This document shows positions 56,262 to 64,000 of a DNA stretch of 64,000 bases, piece after piece. Both the position numbers and the translations under genes were made by a program. Origin of the DNA: an uncultured Alphaproteobacteria bacterium (GTDB taxonomy: Bacteria > Pseudomonadota > Alphaproteobacteria > Sphingomonadales > Sphingomonadaceae). The stretch lies in contig CAVSZW010000002.1 in NCBI GenBank assembly GCA_963732535.1, positions 33 through 64,032 on the forward strand, given 5' to 3'. Numbering within the stretch: the stretch's first letter is position 1; every line of letters begins with the position of its first letter. The notes beneath the pieces are model-generated. The model made no database searches. It saw only the letters and a list, made by a program, of their open reading frames with translations, and was not told the origin of the DNA.

Positions 56262-57132
56262 GTGGCCAAAGTCAGTTTCACCCATCCCAAACCCAACGTC
56301 GGCTCGATTGTGCATGTTGACCGTGCAGACATGTTCAACCCCGAAGTGGCAAAGGCCTGTCTGGCAGAGCTTGATGCGCGCGGCGTGATCATATTCCCGC
56401 GAGGCTAATTTGACCGATCAGGAGCAGCTCGATTTTACCGATCTGTTGGGCGAACGTGTCAATTTCACCAAAAATGCGCCCGGTGGCAATGCAGCAGAGC
56501 AGGATGTGTATAAGATCACGCTTGATCGCGACATCAACGATCACCCTGAATATGTACTCGGCACCTTTTTCTGGCACGTCGATGGTGCGACGATCAACCA
56601 GCCGCTGCCCAAGGCGACGCTGCTTTCGGCGCGCGTGTTGTCGGACAAAGGCGGGCGCACCGAATTCGCCAATCTTTATGCAGCATGGGAGCATCTGCCC
56701 GATTGGGAGCGCGAGGGGCTGGAGGAGCTGCGCGTGCTCCACACCATCGGCGCCAGTATGAAAGTGTTTATGGACGAGGTGAACGAAAAGTCCGTCGCCC
56801 TGCTGAACGTCGCCGACAAGATGAACCATCCGTTGGTGTGGAAACATTCCGACGGGCGCAAATCCTTGTTGCTTGGCAGCCATGCCGACCAGATCATCGA
56901 CATGGAATATGCTCAAGGGAGAGCGATCATCCGCCGCTTGGGCGAATGGGCGGCGCAGCCCGATTTCGTCTATAGCCATGATTGGAAACCCGGCGATTTC
57001 GTGATCTGGGACAATACCGGGGTGATGCACCGGGTGCAGCCTTATGACGATCCCAAACGCACCATGCACCGCACCACGCTTGCCGGGACTGAACCGGTGA
57101 ATGGCTCTTTTGTAGTGAAGGCGGCTGCATGA
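56262..57132 (+). CDS. TauD/TfdA family 2OG-dependent dioxygenase (frameshift near 56400)
   Basis: WHVDG (HxD), TEFAN, HPLVWKH, WDNTGVMHR, R.MHRTT. Confidence 0.9.
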
Positions 57133-57598
57133 TAACCGGACATCATTGGCAAAATGCCTATATTTGCGACGACATCGAAGCCGCTGTCGCTGCATTTGGC
57201 GCAGCGCGCCGAAATTGGCGATGTTCCCATTCTCGATGTTGAGCAATCTTTATGGACCCCGAACGGCATGAAGCGCGTCGCCACCCGGCTGGCTTTCGTG
57301 TGGATCGGCGACATGCAGAACGAGCTGATCCAGCCAGTTGACGATGAGACCGGCATTTACAGCAACTATCAGAACAATGGCGGCATCATGCATTTTCACC
57401 ATGTGTGCAGCCGGGTTTCTGATTGGGATAGTTTCCGCGCCGAGCGTTGACGCTCAAGATCTGCCGGTGGTGCTCGAACGCGCAATCGAGGGCGATCTGC
57501 TGAAATTTCTTTATCTCGATGGCCGCGATTTCTGTGGCCATTATCTCGAATATGTCTGGGCGACCGACGAACGCTGGGTGCAGATGGGCGGGCGCTGA
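57129..57598 (+). CDS. VOC/glyoxalase family protein (frameshifts)
   Basis: ELIQP, FHHV, YLD...GHYLEY. Confidence 0.7.
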
Positions 57599-57599
57599 C

Positions 57600-58408
57600 A
57601 TGGGTTTGCGCGACAAATACGGCCCTTGGGCGGTCATTACTGGCGCGTCCGAAGGGGTCGGCGCGGAATTTGCGCTGCGACTGGCGGGCGAAGGGATCAA
57701 CTGCATCCTGATTGCGCGCCGCGAAGGGCCGCTGGCGGAACTTGCCGAACAGGTGCGGGCAAAGGGCGTGGAATGCGTGACCGCCTCGGTCGATCTCACC
57801 GCGCCCGATGCCACCGACCGGATCGTGGCGGCGGCGGGGGACCGCGAGGTTGGCCTGTTCATCGCCAATGCCGGAGCCGATACCAACAGCTCGCTCTTCC
57901 TCGACAATGATGTGCAGAACTGGGAACGGCTGATCACATCTCAACATCGCTCACCACCGTTCGCAACTGCCACCATTTCGGGCAAGGAATGCGCGCGCGC
58001 GGCAAAGGCGGGATGATCCTTGTCGGATCGGGCAGCTGCTATGGCGGGCTTTATGGCATGGGCGTGTATTGCGGGGTGAAGGCATTTGACCTGTGCTTTG
58101 GTGAGGGGCTTTGGGCGGAGATGGAGCCGCACGGGGTTGATGTGCTCAACCTGATTTTGGGCCGCACCAACACGCCGGCACACCAGCGCATATCGGAAGC
58201 CAATGGCAGGCCGTTTGATACCAGCCAAATGGCGTCGAGCGCGGATGTCGCGCGTATCGGCCTTGAGCAATTGCCGCACGGGCCAACCTATAATTGGGGA
58301 CAAACGAACGACGTGGCGGGCTATGCCCCCAATTCCCCCGACGAACGCCGCGCGCGTATCTTGAAGATCAAGGAAATGTCCGGCGCTTATCTGAAAGCGC
58401 AACAATGA
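57600..58408 (+). CDS. SDR family oxidoreductase (frameshift near 57945)
   Basis: KYGPWAVITGASEGVG, NAG, YCGVKAF. Confidence 0.88.
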
Positions 58409-58911
58409 ACGCCGATCCTATGACCGACCGCGAAGCCATCACCGACCAAATCTATCGTTATTGCCGCGCGATGGACCGGATCGATCACGAGCTTGGCTAT
58501 TCGATCTGGCATGAAGATGGCACGGCCGATTATGGCCCCGATGTGTTTCAGGGCACAGGGCGCGGCTTTGTCGATCATGTTTGCAAGCAGCACGCCCAGA
58601 TTGCTCGCACCACTCGCACCAGATGGGCAACATCATCATCGAGATTGATGGCGACAAGGCAGGAAGCGAATCCGTCCGTCACCGCCACGTTGCGGATCGA
58701 AAGCGGAGGCAGGTTGATGCAGATGAGCGTGTGGAGCCGCTATATCGACACATGGTCAAAGCGCGATGGTCGCTGGGCGATAGACCACCGGATTTCGATC
58801 AATGATTTTGACGAAATCCGCGAAGTCACCCCGCTGCGCCCCACAACGCGCGGTAGCCGGGATCGCAGCGACCCTTCCTACACAGTGCTGACGAAAGGAC
58901 CGAAAGCATGA
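58405..58911 (+). CDS. NTF2/SnoaL-like protein (frameshifts)
   Basis: DREAI.D.IYRYCR..DR.D, HSHQ..N, RYID...KRDGRW.I..R. Confidence 0.82.
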   Translation: MNADPMTDREAITDQIYRYCRAMDRIDHELGYSIWHEDGTADYGPDVFQGTGRGFVDHVCKQHAQIARTTRTRWATSSSRLMATRQEANPSVTATLRIESGGRLMQMSVWSRYIDTWSKRDGRWAIDHRISINDFDEIREVTPLRPTTRGSRDRSDPSYTVLTKGPKA

Positions 58912-59287
58912 TTACGACAACCCGTTTAGGCACGTGTGATTTGGCGCGGGCCAAGGCCTTTTGGGACCGATTGCTGAGATGGTTGGAGCCAAGCAGATCT
59001 ACGACCGGGAAACCCTGATCGCGTTTCGTGGCGCAGAGGGCAGCATGCTGCTGATTGGCATGCCGTTTGCCGGTGTGCATGAGGTTGGCAACGGCAATAT
59101 GGCCGGGTTTCAAACCGAAAGCCGCGCGCAAGTTGATGCAATCCATGCAAAGGCCTTGGAACTAGGCGGCAGTGATGAAGGCGCACCCGGCATCAGCGGA
59201 GACGATCCGAACGGATTCTACGGAGCTTATTTCCGTGATCCCGATGGCAACAAAATTTGCGTCTTCCGCTTTGGCCCGCCTGATTAA
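58908..59287 (+). CDS. VOC family protein (frameshifts)
   Basis: GNG.M, VD..H.KAL.LGG.DEGAPG, FYGAYFRDPDGNK. Confidence 0.85.
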
Positions 59288-59295
59288 GGAACCCC

Positions 59296-60768
59296 ATGGC
59301 ATTTATCAATCTCCCGACCTTTCTTCGCTTCCGCGCAATATCCTGATCGCGGGCAATGAACGTGCCGACAGCGGCAGCGGTCCTGTGCACACACATATCT
59401 ATCCGGCACTCGGGTCGGTAACGCGCGAATTGAAGCTGGCGGGGCCAGCGGAAGTGGATGCTGCGGTCGCTGCTGCCCGCGCGGCCTTTCCGGCTTGGCG
59501 TGCGATGGCCGGGGACAAGCGCCGCGATCTGATGTTTGCGCTGGCTGCAAAGTTTGACGCGGAAGTGCAAGCCCTGACGCTTCTTGGCGCGATCGAGAAT
59601 GGCTCCCCGTCATGATGGGGCCGCATATGGCCGCCGATGCCGCGCAGAAATTCCGCTATTTCGGTGGCTGGGCAGACAAGATTCAAGGGCTGAATATCAA
59701 GACCTGGGGCGGCCCCGCCCATGATTATGTCGCCTATGAACCATATGGTGTCATCGGCGCGATCATTCCGTGGAACGGGCCGTTGTTTGCCGCAACCATG
59801 GTGATTGCCCCTGCCCTTGCGGCAGGAAATTGCGTGGTACTGAAGGCCCCGGAACTGGCCCCCTATAGCGTGATGCGGCTCGCCGAGATTGCAATGGAAG
59901 CAGGCTTCCCTCCCGGCGTGATCAACATGGTGGTGGGCGGCCCCGATGCGGGCGAGGCAATGGTCTCGCACGCCGGGAATCGACAAGATCCAGTTTGTGG
60001 GTTCGGGGGGCACGGCCAAGAAGGTGCTCGCCAATGCGGCACAATCCTTGAAACCTTGCGGACTGGAACTGGGCGGCAAATCGGCGGTGATCGTCTTTGC
60101 CGATGCGGATCTTGCAAGAGGCCGCAAAACGCGGGATTTCCGGCGCGGTGAGTGCTGGCGGTCAGGGTTGTGTAAACGGCACACGGCTTTTGATCGAACG
60201 GCCCATCTACGACGCCTATTGCCAGATGCTGGCAGGCATGGCGCCGCATATCCCGCAGGGCGATCCGCTCGCACCCGGCACAGCCATGGGCCCGGTGATT
60301 AACGAAGCCGCGCTTAACCGCATCACCGGGATGGTCGATGCGGCGTTGGCATCCGGCGGGCGTTTGATAACCGGCGGCGGGCGACGCGATGGCGATTTTG
60401 CCGGCGGCTATTTCCTGCCCGTCACCGTAATCGCCGATGTCGCCCATGACAGCGATATTGCCCAACATGAGGTGTTCGGTCCGGTTCTCGCGGTCACACC
60501 CTTTGACAGCGAGGAAGAGGCCATCGCCATCGCCAATGGCACTGACTATGGCTTGGGCGCCTATATCCACACGCAAAATCTGGGACGCGGTCACCGGATG
60601 GCCGCAGCCATGGATGCCGGGATGATCCATGTGAACGGCGGCGGCGAGGGGATGACGCCGTGCGCGCCCTTTGGCGGGTTCAAGCAATCGGGCTTCGGGC
60701 GTTTGGGCGGCGAAGCGGGCTTACATGAATTTCTGCAAACCAAGAATGTCTGGATGAATATCGCATGA
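59296..60768 (+). CDS. Aldehyde dehydrogenase (several frameshifts)
   Basis: [36 protein letters not shown]. Confidence 0.9.
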
Positions 60769-61542
60769 GCAAAAATGCACGCGGGGCACGCGGTGCCGCC
60801 AAATATGCCGAGGCAACTGGGGCCGCAGCGCCTGCGCCGACGACGCTGCTCGAATCGACCCTCTGCGATTTTGTCCACGCCGATGTGTGGACAAGGCCAG
60901 GGCTTGAAATTGCGGGAACGCCTGCTGATTTCGCTCGCCGGAAGCGGCGGCGACCAAGGATGCGGCATCGTGCCAATCCTATGCCACAGGCGCACTCAAG
61001 GGCGGGCATCTTGTCCATGATCGAACTGCGCGAAGCGGCGTTACAACTGGCGGTCTATGATGGCTGGGCCTCGGGCGGAGTGCTTGACCGGGCGGTGACG
61101 GCGGCGGCGAGGGAATTGGGGCTGGCCGAGCCAGCCATCCACCGCCTGCCCGACGATCCCGCCGACCGCGCCGAACGCATCGCGCGCGGGCAGGATAGCT
61201 TCCGCCGCGTCGCACAAACCGATGCGCCGCCGCCATTGTACGCCCTATCTCGATACCGGCGTGCTCAATTTCGTGATGAGCGACCTATGGGGCCGCCCCG
61301 GCCTCGACGAACGCTCGCGGCGCTTTGTGACTTTGGTGGGCGCGGCCTTTTCAAACGCCCCAACGCCGATGCGGAGCCATACCTATTCGGCGATGAACAG
61401 CGGCGATCTGACCAAGGATGAACTGCTCGAATTCTGCCTGCATTTCGCGCTCCACGGCGGCTGGCCGCGCGGGGCGGCGTTTCAAGCGGTGGTTATGGAA
61501 CAGGCCAAGCGCGTCGAGAAAGGACTAGCGTTTCAACCATGA
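60765..61542 (+). CDS. Two-domain carboxymuconolactone decarboxylase family protein (frameshifts)
   Basis: DVWTRPGL and DLWGRPGL repeats; ELRE..L..AVY.GW / EL.EF.LHFA.HGGWP. Confidence 0.78.
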
Positions 61543-62300
61543 TCGCAGCATCAGACATGAGCGGCAAGGCCGCATTGGTAACAGGCGCGGGTGGCGGCAT
61601 CGGCGCGGCGACGGCGATTGCTTTGGCAAAGGCGGGGGCGGATATTTGCATCGTCGATGTGAAGGCCGATGGGTTGGCCGAAACGGCAAAGGCCATCCAA
61701 GCGCTGGGCCGCGTCGCACTGGTGCAGGCGGTCGATCTCAGCCAGCCGGCCAATTGCAAGGCGGTGGTTGATGCGGCGGTCGCGCAATTCGGCAGGCTCG
61801 ATGCTCTGTGCAATGTTGCGGGGATATTGAAACTCGCCCACGCGCACGAAATGGCGGAGGCGGATTGGAACGCGGTGATCGCGGTCAATCTCTCCGCGCC
61901 CTTTTTCCTGTGCCAAGCCGCGATCCCGCATCTTTTGAAAAGCGAAGGGGCGATTGTGAATGTCAGCTCGCTCGCCGCGCATATCGGCGAGGCTTATTCG
62001 GCGGCTTATTGCGCGTCAAAGGGTGGGCTTTCACAGCTGACCAAGGCCTTGGCGATGGAATATCTATTGCAGCCGATCCGAATCAACGCCGTTTCGCCGG
62101 GGGGACTTGCCACGCCGATTGGCGCAAGCTTCATTCCGCCCGAGGGCGCGGATATGACATTATTGGGACGGATCAGGCCATTGCGCGGGCTGGTCGAAGT
62201 GGAAGACATGGCAAACTTCATCGCCTTTCTCGCATCTCCCGCAGCAGCCGGATTCCACGGCGCAGATATCAATATGGATCAGGGGATTACAGCAGGATGA
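61539..62300 (+). CDS. SDR family oxidoreductase
   Basis: TGAGGGIG, NVAG, YCASKGG. Confidence 0.9.
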   Translation: MIAASDMSGKAALVTGAGGGIGAATAIALAKAGADICIVDVKADGLAETAKAIQALGRVALVQAVDLSQPANCKAVVDAAVAQFGRLDALCNVAGILKLAHAHEMAEADWNAVIAVNLSAPFFLCQAAIPHLLKSEGAIVNVSSLAAHIGEAYSAAYCASKGGLSQLTKALAMEYLLQPIRINAVSPGGLATPIGASFIPPEGADMTLLGRIRPLRGLVEVEDMANFIAFLASPAAAGFHGADINMDQGITAG

Positions 62301-63083
62301 GCTTTGATATGGATCGTTTTCGCGTGGACGGAAAAGTCGCGATTGTCACAGGAGCCGGTGGACGCGGCAACAGCATCGGGCGGGCCTATGCGATGGGTTT
62401 GGCAGCGGCAGGCGCTTCTGTGGTGGTTGCCGATTTGAACTTGGAAGGCGCACAAAGGGTTGCCGATGAAATCGTCGCGGGTGGCGGAAAGGCCATTGCG
62501 TGCAAAGTCGATATCACCAAGCCCGATCAGGTCGCGGCGATGGCGGAAGTCGGCAACCGAATCCTTCGGCGGGATCGACATATTGGTCAACAATGCCGCC
62601 CTGATGATGGAAGTTGCCGCGCTCCAGGCTGTCGATGTTCCTATCGATCAATGGACCCGGATGCTGGAGGTGAACACCACCGGCGCGCTCATTTGCGCTC
62701 AGGCCGTGATCCCATCTATGCAGGCGCGCGGCGGCGGGCGGATCGTCAATCAGGTGTCTGGCGGAGCCTTTCCCGCAATCTCGCTCTACGGCGTTACCAA
62801 ATTGGCACTCACCGGCCTCACCACTTTGCTGGCCAAGCAACTCGGCAAAAGCGGCATTTCGGTGAACGCCATTGCACCCGGCAATGTAACGAGCGAGGCG
62901 GGCAGCGCCTTGGTCCCCGAAGGTTCGCCGTTCAAACAGTTTCTGCAAATGAGCGTCTGCACCGACGCGAGCGCCCCGCCGGAGGACTTGGTCGGCACAC
63001 TGCTGCTACTCTGTTCGGATGCGGGCAAATGGATCACCGGCCAGACCATCCATGTCGATGGCGGCTGGGTGTTGCGGCCTTAG
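62297..63083 (+). CDS. SDR family oxidoreductase (frameshift near 62550)
   Basis: TGAGGRGNSIG, NNAA, YGVTK, VDGG. Confidence 0.88.
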
Positions 63084-63102
63084 GAAATTCGGCTAAAAAC
63101 AG

Positions 63103-63173
63103 ACCGTAGCCCTGAGCCTGTCGAAGGGCGCTCTGTCGGCTAAGCGCGCCTTCGACAGGCTCAGGGCTGCGGT
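63103..63173. repeat. Palindromic repeat, copy 4, followed by a T run (terminator-like)
   Basis: ACCGTAGCCCTGAGCCTGTCGAAGG...CCTTCGACAGGCTCAGGGCTGCGGT then TTTTT. Confidence 0.9.
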
Positions 63174-63227
63174 TTTTTATTCGATCATGTGGGCACGGTT
63201 TATTGTGCTTGAAGCATTCTAAGTTCG

Positions 63228-64000
63228 CTACCGCAAAACCCCGCTCTTCTCCGCTTCCCCAATCAGCTTTTCCGCATCATCTGCCAGCAACCAGCCATCG
63301 GCCATGTTGCTGGGCCACCGCCGCGCGCACCTTGGCGACAAAACCCGCATGGTCGCCGTAGCGTTCTTCTAGTGAAGCCCTAGGATCGCCCTTGGCTTGG
63401 CGTTCGGCCTTTGTCTTGGCAAAAGGAATGAAGCCGCCTGCGAATACACAGCCCCCGCCCTTGCCATAGCCGGCTGCCAGTTCGTTAAAGCCGGTATAGG
63501 TGCCAAGCGGCACTTGCAATTGTACCGAGGGTACGCCCGCCATTTCGTTGCCATCGGCGTTCACGCGCGGCACGCGAGAGGGAAGTGTTCGGCGGATGCG
63601 CGGCGGCTGCATTTTGGGTGCACCGCTCACGCTATTTGGGTCAAAACCGCTGCCAAAATCATAATCGTCAAAAGTGTAGAGCTTGCCATCGGGCGTTGGC
63701 GCGCCCGGAATATCGGGCCAGCCCATCGCCGCCGCTGTTGGCGCAACCAGCTCGCCTGCCGCCAATGTCGGATAGCGGCTGGCGGGGGGCTCCTTGCCCG
63801 CCTTCACCCAATCGACGAGCGCGCGAAGGGCGATGCGCGTGCTTTCGCGTGAGGGGTTGGGATTGCCGCCGAGGACACATCCTTGCGCGCTATAGGGGCC
63901 GGCTTCGCCTTTGGTTTGAAATCCGCCAACAAAGCTTCCGCCATGCGTTACGCTTGGGAAATAATAGCGGCGGACATTGGCGGGAAGAGGAATATCGGCT
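63228..64000 (-). CDS. Alpha/beta-hydrolase-domain protein, 3' part (5' end lies beyond the window)
   Basis: NVRRYYF..V.H, RIALRALVDWV..G.EPP.S.YP, DGNE.AGV, DPR.SLEERY. Confidence 0.75.

Noticed and set aside
61808-63109. 433-aa plus-strand ORF
   Set aside because: Chimera of an off-frame reading and the N-terminal half of the frameshifted SDR
12968-63173. Palindromic repeats as a CRISPR array
   Set aside because: Copies are dispersed over kilobases, with no regular spacers and no cas genes

Overview
A GC-rich alphaproteobacterial chromosome segment. Gene content (class I lysS, DUF4167, UrcA, RcnB, NfrB-like glycosyltransferase) points to Sphingomonadaceae; this assignment is an inference. 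Most of the window is housekeeping: dxs, zur, xth, erpA, bcp, glnE, tgt, prmC, nhaA, rpmG, dinG, lysS, corA, accBC, aroQ, thiSG and ispG. Accessory elements are (i) a type III PKS/ICMT/hydrolase operon, (ii) an NfrB-like glycosyltransferase with a barrel-like partner, (iii) an uncharacterised three-gene cassette of a membrane-anchored LuxR, a helical protein ending in a 'YDFGCP' motif and a multi-TM protein, (iv) an AT-rich DUF3800 gene with a structured 3' RNA-like element, (v) a ParDE islet, and (vi) a 12.4 kb divergent catabolic cluster (sulfotransferase, alkyl sulfatase, TauD, SDRs, ALDH) bracketed by palindromic repeats. I also found a 23-aa small ORF below the ORF-track cutoff, an orphan lipoprotein-type DUF2282 (bufferin-like) gene, and a palindromic element inserted in dinG. 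Many genes carry single-base frameshifts, including lysS and prmC. These are most likely long-read or assembly indel errors, so such genes are listed as CDS with reconstructed spans. All family calls come from motif recognition by eye; no searches were run.
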